A DNA stretch of 57,601 nucleotides from Prorocentrum cordatum (Eukaryota), in NCBI GenBank assembly GCA_963575745.1, contig CAUYUJ010000012.1:62001-119601 (forward strand). Reading direction: 5' to 3'. The position numbers and the translations under genes were made by a program. The notes under the pieces are model-generated. The model was not told the DNA's origin. It made no database searches and saw only the letters and a list, made by a program, of their open reading frames with translations. Numbering within the stretch: position 1 is the first letter of the stretch; the number at the start of each line of letters is the position of its first letter. This document shows positions 14,238 to 24,356 of the stretch, in pieces.

Positions 14238-14496
14238 TCGTCGTCGTCGCCGTCGTCATCGTCGTCATCGTCGTCGTCGCCGCCGCCGCCGGCGTCGTCG
14301 TCGCCGCCGCAGCCGTCGTCGTCGTCGTGGTCGTCATCGTCGTCGTCGTCGTCGCCGTCGTCGTAGTCGTCGCCGTCGTCGTCGTCGCCGTCGTCGTTGT
14401 CGTCGTCTCTGGGACCATACCATCTGGGGGGGGGGGGCCCGAAGAATCCTGGGACCATACCATCTGGGGGGGGGGGCCGTGGGCCCGGAGCCCGGG

Positions 14497-14500
<4 letters not shown>
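13915..14500. mobile_element. TIR element embedded in (TA)n and carrying a (GTC)n microsatellite
   Basis: Left end TGATCCAGGGCTTGGGCCC; right end reverse-complements to TGATCCCGGGCTCCGGGCCC; (TA)n on both flanks. Confidence 0.7.
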
Positions 14501-14541
<41 letters not shown>

Positions 14542-15093
14542 GTGTGTGTGCGTACGTGCATCCGCGATCGAAATCGGAGCGCAGCATGTCTTACCTCCCG
14601 CATGCGATGTCGGATTAGCATCAGCATTCGTCGTTTATTATGATGTCAGCGTTGACGCTTGTGTTCGCAATTGGAGAACAGCACCCACGATGTCGTCGCG
14701 TCAATCTTCTGGCTGACTGTAGCGAAGGAGAGAGGAACCCAGAGGAGGGTCTAGGGGCCCAAAAGTTTTTGGCGGCGCAGGGAGAGACTTGGCGATGGCC
14801 GAATGGGTGATGCACCTTTTCAGTAGTGTAGCCTGCCCCCCCGAGGCCCCCCGTAGCTCGCCGCCCTGGCCCCTCCCTGAATGTCAAATGCCAGGCAAAC
14901 CATACGTTCACTTGATGCCGCAGAACACGACAGGAGCACACCAGGCAGACAACGACGCTGAGCTACGACTAGAGAACATCAGAAAGCGACCAGGCGATAA
15001 CTCTTCCTTGATACGATGACTCCTCCATCGTTGGGCACACTGACAGTCTGGGGGCCGTGCGCTGCGAGATCCGCCGCCGCGCCGGCTCCCGGC

Positions 15094-15135
15094 CTTGGCC
15101 TCCTTCTTCTCTAGCTCGATGAGCTTGTGGTACTC
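15094..15135 (-). CDS. Oxidoreductase exon G: EYHKLIELEKKEAK
   Basis: ccgaag|GAG TAC...GCC AAG|gc; 42 nt. Fits the helix preceding the second Rossmann motif. Confidence 0.8.
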
Positions 15136-15316
15136 CTTCGGAGTTCGCTGCGCTTGGAGGACGTCGATCGACATCAACACACTCCGAAGCAGCTAGTTGA
15201 GAAGGAGACGGGGGAATTAGGGGGGATGGAGGACATGCTAGGTGCGTCCGCTTCACATCTGACAGATTTCACTCCCATCAATGTCTTCCCATGACACTCA
15301 CTATTTCTCTGTAATT

Positions 15317-15359
<43 letters not shown>

Positions 15360-16923
15360 CAGACGGGTGATATAGTATATAGTAGACCTGGAACCCCCAA
15401 AAAACACCATCAAGGGAGGCTGCGTACACTGTTGGAGGATGTGGCGAATGGGCTGGATGATGAGCAGGAGGCAAAGAAGCAGGACGAGGAAGGAGAAGGA
15501 GAAGGACGATGAACAGCAGCAGGAGGAGCGGTCAAGCTGGCAGTGTCCGCAGACGTGACGGATGAGATTCTGCCGTGCCCATATTTTTTCTCTGAGATTT
15601 CAGCGCGTCTCTGGCGGGCGCGACGGCCGCGTGATCGGGGGGCCCTGGCGCGGGGGCCGCGATGGCATGAATGCCTTGCCCTGCAAAGAAAAATGACCGC
15701 AATGCGACCGCGGCCCGGATCTACGACGAACGCGCCCCCCGGAAACAGTCGAGCAGCTCGACGACACAACGACGTGAAAATGCAAGCCCGCATCACCAGA
15801 AGGAGCGATGAAAACCGAAATGAAACCCGCTTAAATTCCAACGAAAAATTGAATGGAAGTTCCGCGGACAAAAAATACTGTCTCGTTTCAAGACACTATT
15901 TCTCACCGAACTTCCATCCAATTTTTCACCGAAATTCCATCGGGTTTTCATCGGGCGACGAACTCGAACAAAGACGGAGGGCAGGCAAGGGAACGGCGGC
16001 GATGCCCAACGTGATCCGCTGCGAACCGCGCCCAACACCACCCCCGCCCAACACCGTCTCTGGAACCTCTGATCAGCAGGAGTGGGAGGAGCGGGAGGAC
16101 GGGGAGGACGAGGAGGAGGACCAGGGAAGGCGGAGGAGGCAGGAAGGAGCGGGGGGACAACGGTGAAGAAGGACTCGGAGTCCCACAAAGGTAGCCCGCG
16201 CTGAGGCGCAAACGATCGGAGCAAAGCGCCGATCCAAAAATGAGGCCCACGCGGGAGCGCCATTCGGGAAGGACCGGTAACGCTCGGACTTAACAAGACA
16301 CCCAATAACAACCAACTGGACAGATCCTGTGCAAAGAACAATTCGCGGAGAGGGGCGTGCCAATCTGTGGACGTCGGCGGAGGAGGAAGGAGAGTAGTTC
16401 TCATATCGCATACTTGCTGAGGGGGACCGAAAGGAGGGGAGAAGGATCGGAAGGACCAAGGCTCTGTGAGTGCTAAGCCAGAGGTCATCCGGGAAGCAGC
16501 CGTCGTGTCCCTCCTTCCCTCCTCGTCTCCCGTCCTCTGTATTCCCTCCTCCGTCCCCCTCTCCTCGTCGATTCTCCCTTTTTCCAAGTCTCCTCCTCCC
16601 CCCTCCTCCCTCCTTCCCGCCCCCTTCCCACCTCTCCGTCGCAGTCCCCCCCTCCCACCGTCCCCAGGGTGAACGCGTCCTGGACCCTGGGGCGCTCCCT
16701 GGGATCAGCTCTTCAAGCTGGGGTGGTTCCCGGCGGGCCCGTGGACTGGAAGGGGGCCGAGAGCGGTGCAACACTCGGGAGCCCTTTCCCTCAAAATTCC
16801 CGTGGCCCCTCCTCCTTTTCCTCCTCTTCCTCCTCCTCCTCCTCCTCCTCCTCCTCCTCCTCCTCCTCTCCTCCTCTTCCTCCTCCTAATTTTCTTAAGC
16901 AGGGACCGATCGTCCCGGCATTC

Positions 16924-17100
16924 CTATAGACCTACCACGACATGTTCTTAGAACCCAGAAATGTTCTAAGAACAAAAGCCAGGTTCTTAGAACATAAACC
17001 CGATGAGTTTAGACAAGACAGTCCCAGCCACAAATGTTCCAAGAGCATTTCGTGGAAACCACAAAACGAGTTCTTAGAACATTGTTTGGTAGGCCTATAG
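16924..17100. mobile_element. MITE-like element
   Basis: TIR CTATAGACCTACCA...TGGTAGGCCTATAG; internal GTTCTTAGAAC repeats; related partial copy at ~19155-19250. Confidence 0.65.
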
Positions 17101-17417
17101 ACACGCCAGGACGCTTCGCCACTGCTTGATTTTCCTCCTCCTCCTCCTCCTCCTCCTCCTCCTCCCCCTCCTCCTCCTCCTCCTCCTCCTCCTCCTCCTT
17201 GCGTCCTTGACCCTGGTGAGGACGCGGGGAACGTCGACGGCGGAAAATATGGACTCTCGCCTGCGTACCGCGCGGACCGCGGTCCGCATCGTGGCCCGTG
17301 TGCACGGGGCCACCTCCTGGCGCACGCCATGGTCCGAGATCTGCTGCTGCTTCCACGGGGGTCGCCAAAACCGCGCGGTGACAGACCGCGCGGGGACGTC
17401 GGACTCCCCCCCACGAC

Positions 17418-17588
17418 TAGGGGAACGAAAAGTGTCATGAACATAAAAACTCGGAGGTCCGCGCGGATTTCTCGGATCGGCGCTGGGCCCCCCGGCGGCG
17501 CCTCCGGCGCCGCCCCTGGCGCGCGCCGATCCGAGAAATCCGCGCGGACCTCCGAGTTTTTATGTTCATGACACTTTTCGTTCCCCTA
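17418..17588. mobile_element. Hairpin MITE with ~66-bp perfect inverted arms
   Basis: TAGGGGAACGAAAAGTGTCATGAACATAAAAACTCGGAGGTCCGCGCGGATTTCTCGGATCGGCGC and its exact reverse complement around a ~39-bp spacer. Confidence 0.9.
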
Positions 17589-17591
17589 ACC

Positions 17592-17933
17592 GACTACCTA
17601 CCAGACCACCCCAACCCAACCCGAAGACCCGAATTGGACCCCAATTTCGGGTTGGGGGGGGTACGGGCTCCACCTGTTGTTTCAACGTTCCTCGACCCCC
17701 CCCCCTGGAAATGGAGGGCAAATTTGAAGGGAAACTGGGACACACAAATAAATACACACAAATAAAATGATTCCCCATATTTTCCCATATTTTCTGGGTT
17801 TTTGTCTTCCCCCCCACTTCCCATATTTTCCCATATTTTCTGGGAATCGCAGATTACTTGTGTCTGTGTGTTTTTTTCCCTCCTGAAAATTGAGGGCTTC
17901 GGGTTGGGTTGGGGTGGTTTGGTGGGTGGTGAC
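17592..17933. mobile_element. MITE (ACCAGACCACCCCAACCCAACCCGAAG TIR family), copy 1, containing a nested MITE
   Basis: TIR ...CCACCCCAACCCAACCCGAAG / CTTCGGGTTGGGTTGGGGTGG...; second copy at 18514-18687. Confidence 0.8.
17725..17886. mobile_element. Small element TGAAGGG...CCTCCTGA, copy 1, 5-bp TSD AAATT
   Basis: AAATT at 17720-17724 and 17887-17891; internal CCCATATTTT repeats shared with 18814-18977. Confidence 0.8.
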
Positions 17934-18106
17934 TAACGACCTCGCCGCGCGGGCCCGTCCCCGCACGGCGCCCGGGCCCCCGAGGCCCGGGCTGCCGCTC
18001 GAGCACGGCCCGGCCCCCCCACACAAGCCGCGCGAGATGCCTTCGGGACGTCCCCCACCGGCTCACCACGCGGCGAGGTCGCCACCCCGCCTCGGGGGCC
18101 CACCGA

Positions 18107-18302
18107 TCGGGTCGGGCGAAAGGGGGGGATAGCAAAGGGGGGGTTTGGAGAATCAGCTCGCGTAGCTGATTTTCCCGGCGCCTCTCGGCGCCGGAGGCGA
18201 CTGTGTATCGAGGAATGGGCCCGGCGGCGGGGCCGAAACCAGCTGCATGCAGCAGATTTCGTACCCCCCCTTTCTCAATCCCCCCCCTTTCGCCCGTCCC
18301 GA
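18107..18302. mobile_element. MITE TCGGG...CCCGA (family 1), 5-bp TSD ACCGA
   Basis: TIR TCGGGTCGGGCGAAAGGGGGGG / CCCCCCCTTTCGCCCGTCCCGA; ACCGA at 18102-18106 and 18303-18307. Confidence 0.85.
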
Positions 18303-18513
18303 ACCGAGGTGCCACGGGGGCCCAAGCCTGGCACCCGCCCGAGTCCGAGAGATGTGCTGCTGCTCGCCTGGATGGTGGGCGGGCCCCCTGCCGTGGTGGA
18401 CGACAAGGGGGGCGCGGCAGCGGCGGGGCTGCATGCGAGGCGGGGAGGCACCCAGAGATCCACCGCCCGGGAACCGATGCCCTGGTGCCCCAGCGGGCGG
18501 CGGACGTGGGTAT

Positions 18514-18687
18514 GTGACTACCTACCAGACCACCCCAACCCAACCCGAAGACCCGAATTTCGGGTTGGGGGGGGGTATGGGCTCCATATATGTTTTTTTT
18601 TCGATGCTCCTGGACCCCCCCCCACTAGAAATCGAGGGTAAACCTGAGCCTTCGGGTTGGGTTGGGGTGGTTTGGGGGGTGGTGACG
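18514..18687. mobile_element. MITE (ACCAGACCACCCCAACCC family), copy 2
   Basis: Same TIRs as 17592-17933; flanked by GTAT on both sides. Confidence 0.8.
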
Positions 18688-18813
18688 TATGGACATGGAT
18701 ATGTCTCGGCCTCCAGGGGGCCCGCAGCTGCCCACGTCCACCGCCTGCCGAGGCCCCCGAAAATGGATCCCCCAGGCGGCAGGCTCATGCCCGAACTCCC
18801 GCCTCGGGTTGTA

Positions 18814-18977
18814 TGAAGGGGCCCCAGGACACACAAAGAAAGACACACAAATAAAAAGCTGTCCCCATATTTTCCCATAGTTTCTGGGTTTCTGTCTTCC
18901 CCCCCACTTGCCATATTTTCCCATATTTTCTGGGGAATCGACGATTAATTGTGTCTGTGTGTTTCTTTTCCTCCTGA
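18814..18977. mobile_element. Small element TGAAGGG...CCTCCTGA, copy 2, 5-bp TSD TTGTA
   Basis: TTGTA at 18809-18813 and 18978-18982. Confidence 0.8.
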
Positions 18978-19683
18978 TTGTAGCGCATCCCCCGCGCCCC
19001 GCCCGCCTCGCGGGCGCCCAGAGGCGCACGCCGAGGAGCGCGGCCGGCCTCGGGGCCGAGGCCCGGCCGCACGCGGCAGCCGCTGTGACCCCCCCCCCCC
19101 CGCGGGCCCCCGTCGTCAGGAAGCCCCCAGGCGTGCCACGTTGGCGCTCTCGGCTAGAAATGTTCTCGGAACATTTCGCGCAGCTCACAAAGGGTTCTTA
19201 GAACATCCTTCGGTGAGCCTGTAGGAAAGCCAGGACGCCTCGCCAGTGCTCCAGGTCAAGACGGATCGGCCCTCGTCCCCAGTCGGGCGGCGCTCACAAA
19301 TGGGTGGCACGAGGGGGGCGGCCTCCTCGAGTCGTGGTGTCGGTGCATCTGGGCGGACCGATCAGGTTGGAGTCGACGTCTTTACGTAACGGGCGAGCGT
19401 GCGTTTCGGCCCTACTTCTGCGGCTGCAGGAGCACGTGCGACAAGATGCGAAGCGCGTGGGACGAGCGCGGTTGATCTCCCCGGCACGCCTGCAGAGAAC
19501 GACGACACGATGCTGATGAAGACCTCAGGACTGAATCAGGAACGATGCTTGAGCAAACAAGAACCCAAATAGAACCAACACAGATCTATGGAGAGGAAGA
19601 TGAGTGACGGTGAGGAACGAGGATCGGCAGATGAGGTGGGAACGTAGCAATGGGGGGAGGAGAGGATGTGAGGACAGAGGGTC

Positions 19684-19777
19684 CTCCAAGATGTGACGGC
19701 GACGCCCTTCGATGAAACGCTCGTCAATGTGCGCCCACTCGCTGCCAGCGCGCCCGAACTCGTGAACAGTCGGGAAC
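19684..19777 (-). CDS. Oxidoreductase exon F: (W)FPTVHEFGRAGSEWAHIDERFIEGRRRHILE
   Basis: ggcgag|G TTC CCG...TTG GAG|ga; 94 nt. Its first G completes the split TG|G Trp codon from exon E. Confidence 0.85.
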
Positions 19778-20827
19778 CTCGCCGCGGCACGAGACATGGG
19801 CAAAAAACTCAAGGAAGAAGGGCGATTGCCTGCCTCGTCCGATTCCTTCCGAGCTACGCCAAGAAACACTCAGTTGGGGCTGGGCAAGCGGATTGTTCGA
19901 TCTCATGGCTACATGGGCACCGAAAAAATGAAAGAGCGCGAGCATGTTCACAAACTCCCACACGCGCATTCCAAATCCCGACCCGCAACAACCGTTATGG
20001 CCTCCAAGATACCACAAGATCGCCCAAAAAGTTAACAAGTTCTGACATATGGCCGCCGGCATGCGTCAAATAGGCCACAGGGTAGGCCCCGCAAGGGCTT
20101 GAGGAGGCCACAGGGCCCCCCAAGGATGCGATCGAGAGGCCAAGCCCCAATGAAACTGGATGACCGATTGATTTGGAAAGCCTCGCCTCTTCGCCTCCGA
20201 TCGGCTTCCGAGGCTCCAGCACAGCCCGAGGCGGCCCTCCCCAGAGCGGAAGAGGAAGGTCCATCCCGATGCATACGGTTGCCCCCCTTTGGTGTGGGAA
20301 GGTACTGCTTCCTGGCCGAGCGCAGGATCAATTCGTGGCTGCCCACTTGGCACTCGAAAGGGCAAAGCGAAGCCCATCCCTTTCCCATGTCCGCAACTCG
20401 CTCCTCCGTCTTCCCTCCCCCCGTTGTGGGCTCATGGGGATCTCCTAGGGCCCACGGCAAGCTCGTGTCGTGACGTGCGCGTTGTTTTCTCACCGTGTGG
20501 ATCGTTCAGCGCTGAAAGACTGCGGCTTTGCCAACGATAGCTCAGATCATTCGATGTCGGCCAGCTCCGGGTCACCTGTGGCGTTCGAGCTTGGGCGCCC
20601 GCGCTGGGGTCACCGCCGCGTCGACACGGCACGAACCTGCCCGACCGGACTGGTTCCCCCTCCTGCACTTCGACCAATTTGCCGCCGCCGCTGACGCGCA
20701 GGCTCTCTAGGGGTGGGCGGGGAGGGGGAGGGGGAGGACAGGGCAGAAGGATGGATAGGCAGGAGGAGGGAAGGTAGGGAGGCCGGGAGGGGGAGGGGGC
20801 GGGGCCGCCCTTCCCCCACAGGGGAGC

Positions 20828-20925
20828 CACAGGGACTCTCCCGTCGTCGACGGCTTCATGTCAACGTTGAAGGGTCCGAAGTTGCAGCCGGAGCAGATGA
20901 TGCAGAAGTCGAAGCCGACCTCGTC
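20828..20925 (-). CDS. Oxidoreductase exon E: DEVGFDFCIICSGCNFGPFNVDMKPSTTGESL(W)
   Basis: gtgag|GAC GAG GTC...CTG TG|gc. FDFCIICSG corresponds to the YDYLVIATG motif of this family. An alternative acceptor lies 6 nt downstream (20919). Confidence 0.85.
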
Positions 20926-21559
20926 CTCACGCAAGGCTTGGACCCTGGCCTACCTCGCGTTTACTCATCACCTCCCACTGCTTCCTCCTTCTTCCCTCCT
21001 CCCCGTTCCCTCCCTCACTCCCCCTCCTCCCAGACCCCTGCTCCCTCAATGATCCTCCATCCCTCCCTCCATCCCTCCCTCCCTCCTCCTCCCTCCCTCC
21101 CTCCCTCCCTCCCTCCACCCTCCCTCTCTTCTACGACCTCCACTTACGTCCCACATCTGTTTTTTTTTTCTCTCTCTCGCTCTCTCTCTCTCTCACTATC
21201 TCTCTTTCGCTCTCTCGCCCTCTCCCTCTCCCGCGCCCTCTCCCTCTCACTCTGTTGTTGCGTATACAGATGTCACCCATAAATATAAACATGTTTGTTG
21301 TGCGCTCCCGAAAGCTGCGCGAAACGTCGCAAGAATACAGTTGTCCATCCCACCGTCCAGCAGACTGCGTCATCGGCGGGCAACTGGGTTTCCCATCCGC
21401 TCGCAAACACACAACCTCCAGTTGCCAGTGTGTGTTCGAGTGGCCTCGTCGACGGGCTCCCTTTTTTGGAGCACCGTTGTCGACGGCGCCGAGCGCAGGA
21501 ACCTCCTCGGCCGGCAGCTGCCTGTGCTGGCTGGGTGAGTGCAACGCTCCGTCCACCTC

Positions 21560-21701
21560 TCTGGAGGTCGGAAAGGGGTGTGGCATAAAGGGGTGTGGTG
21601 CCAATGCTGAATCTGGCAGTGTTGTCCATCGTGGATAGCATCTCCATTTCCACGATTGGCACCACACCCCTTTGTGCCACACCCCTGTGCCTCGCTCCAG
21701 A
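21560..21701. mobile_element. MITE-like element
   Basis: Arms GGGGTGTGGCATAAAGGGGTGTGGTGCCAAT / ATTGGCACCACACCCCTTTGTGCCACACCCC with TCTGGAG...CTCCAGA ends. Confidence 0.7.
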
Positions 21702-23291
21702 ACCACCTGCGCCCTCGGGATGGTTTTCTCCGGCGGTGCTGGGGGAGCGGCTGGGGCGTGGAAAGCCACGCCGCCATCGTCGCAACGGAACGGGCGGGTC
21801 ACAGTCGCTCCTTGCGAGCCTGCGCCCAGAGCGCAGCAAAGGGAGCCCGCGAAGAGCACAAGAGACACACGCTTCCATCGCAACGGGTCGGATACAAGAA
21901 TTAACGAGGTCGCGTTTCGAGATCCGCGTCCAGATCTGGCAACGGACTGCAGCGGGTGACCAGACCCCGCATGCGCTTCATGTTCTCGAAATTTGTAATA
22001 TAATGAGAAAGATAGAGATAGATAGAGAGCGAGAGAGAGAGAGAGACATATATAAGATATGTGTGAATATGTAGACAATGGTACTAAACATATGTATACG
22101 AATATTTCACTTGAACAAAAAGTCGAGCGGGCATCGCGAAGCCGCTGCCGGAGGAGAGCGAGCACGGAAAGGGGCCGCGCCCGCAACAGGCGCACAGAAT
22201 GCGCGAGGCGTTCGCGCACGGGCACGCAATGCAACGACGGCGCCCGACAGCGGATGCGGAACCCCAAATGAGTCTCGCACGGAACGCCCGGGCGCATAGC
22301 ATTGAGCAGCCAGCGCGCGCCACGCATGCACAGATCGTTCCATATTGACATGAACGGCTCGGGGTGCACCACTATGTGCAGATGGAACGACAGCCTGGGC
22401 AGAACTGACGGCTGCAACGTCCAGCTGCGGATGTCCAGCGACATCTGAAAAGAACCAAAGACTGCAACCGAGAGCGGGACACACGCGACCAGAGCTCGTC
22501 TCTGGCGACCAAGCGCCAGTGGGGTGATCGAGCCTGACAAGGAGATTTCGCCTCCGAGGTGCCTGCGTTCACTCACAGGGCGAAACGCATGGCAGTACCC
22601 ACGGACTGAGACGACCAGAGGGACGGCTGGGCTTGGCCGGCGAGCGCGCAGGCGCGCCTCGGCGCCGCCTCCCCAGTACTTGATCGGAGCCTCCGTTTTC
22701 CCAGGGCCCCCATTTATGTGAAGAGTCCTGCCATGAGAAAAATTGCACCGTGCGCAAGGGAACATAAATTGCGTAACCGAACACTCGAATAGGTCTAACA
22801 CAAAACGCTAGGCCTGCCTCGTGCACAAAAACCGCATCGAGGACACGATGACGCGCGTCGTCGCCGCCTGCTACGGGGGGCGCTGCCGCCCATGGAGGCA
22901 GGGCGTCACTGGCGAGCGAAAGCACGACTCCCGCCTCCACTAGCACATCGAAAATCATATGCAAAACGACGGTGAACACGGAGTTAAACAGGCAAACTCC
23001 GAATTTGCACCCTTGCCGCCCCCCCGCCCGAGTGGCCGCCGCCTTGCCCACATCGCCGCATACCATGATTGCGCGCGCGCGATTTTTTTCTCCGGCAAGA
23101 GCGCCACTTTACATTGCGCCCCCCCATTGCATCCATGCACAGCGAGAAACTTAACGACCCACTCCGCCCGATGCGGCTGGAGCCCAAACGAAACAAAATT
23201 AGTGCGAGGATCGTCGGCGCAGGCCAGCCAACCCATAGCGGTATCTCTGACGGCCCGGCCAAACGCCTTGACGAGGTCCACGCGCAAGACG

Positions 23292-23468
23292 TGTGTGAGG
23301 GGGAGGGGGACCGAAGGACCGAACCCACCCCCAAAGTGTCCGTAGGTAGACGTGATGAGGATGATGGTAGTTGTCCTCTTCACCCTCTGAGTACGAGTAC
23401 CTGCATCCGAGCCGAAAGGGGCGATGGATATGAGCAAGATAGGAGGAAAGTAGGGGGATTCACACACA
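23292..23468 (-). repeat. 3' LTR (177 bp)
   Basis: No difference from 30304-30480 seen by eye. Confidence 0.97.
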
Positions 23469-23480
23469 CCCCCCGTCCCG
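23469..23480 (-). promoter_or_regulatory. Polypurine tract
   Basis: Minus strand CGGGACGGGGGG immediately before the 3' LTR. Confidence 0.7.
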
Positions 23481-24356
23481 ATCCCGCCCGATGCCCACGC
23501 ACAAAGGCGAAAGGCACCGAAGCGGGGATCGGGATAGGAGAGTGAATCTCTACTGAACTCCTGTCTGCAATCCACTGCTTCAGCCCAGGAAGGAAAGAAG
23601 GGACAGCCAAAACTCTGTCGTAAGGTTCGCACCCAACGGCGGCGCTAACCCGCAAACAAAGTTTTACAGCGCCTGCCGCCGAGATAGAACCCAGGACAGT
23701 GCTGTGGGCTGGAGAGAAGTGGAATGGAGAGACTGAGCTCTTATGACACCGACCCAAACGGTCGGTGCCCGAAGCAACACATGATATGAATGCAACGATG
23801 TGTGCAATGAGCCAGATCCAATCCAAAGCAAAACGCAAAACTTTGAGATATGAGGAGTAGAGTGCATGCGCAAGTTCCAAGAAAATCTTGTACGTCTTGC
23901 ACCAGTAATGAAGAATCAAGTGTATTTATGCAATTATGCTTTTTCACATGTTTTTGCAATTGTGCATTTTCAACAGTACATGCTAGACAATCATCTTTGT
24001 GGCTCTTTAGGCCGTTTTGTCAAGACTGCAATCGATAATAAGGTTGTCACCTGCTCTACTATCGCGAAGCTAACGCCCCAGAGATAACGCACAAAACTTA
24101 TGCCATCGCTCCAACCAAATTCTCGGCGTCGGCTGCAAGAAATGGTGAGTAGGCTGGTTGCGGTACCTTTTCATATACAGCTGGGCCTGTCCATGGTGAC
24201 AAGTATGGTTTTGATATCGACCAAGATGTGAGAGGCACGTCAAAAGTCAGAAGAAATTTGGAAGCCATCAAAATTGTATGCAGATGTCATCGTCCATCAT
24301 GATGTGGTGCTGGTATGCTCTGATGTCCATGAGGTACAATTGCCGAGCCTGCGTAA

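Noticed and set aside
17200..17350. Possible additional minus-strand exon
   Set aside because: Exons F and G already join into a sensible sequence and this stretch has no family motif.
21131..22801. 556-aa minus-strand ORF as a gene
   Set aside because: Chance read-through of decayed LINE sequence, a (GA)n tract and a MITE; only short RT remnants are meaningful.
23469..24356. env-like or pol ORF in the 3' part of the LTR element
   Set aside because: Only short ORFs with no recognisable motifs; cannot be supported without a profile search.
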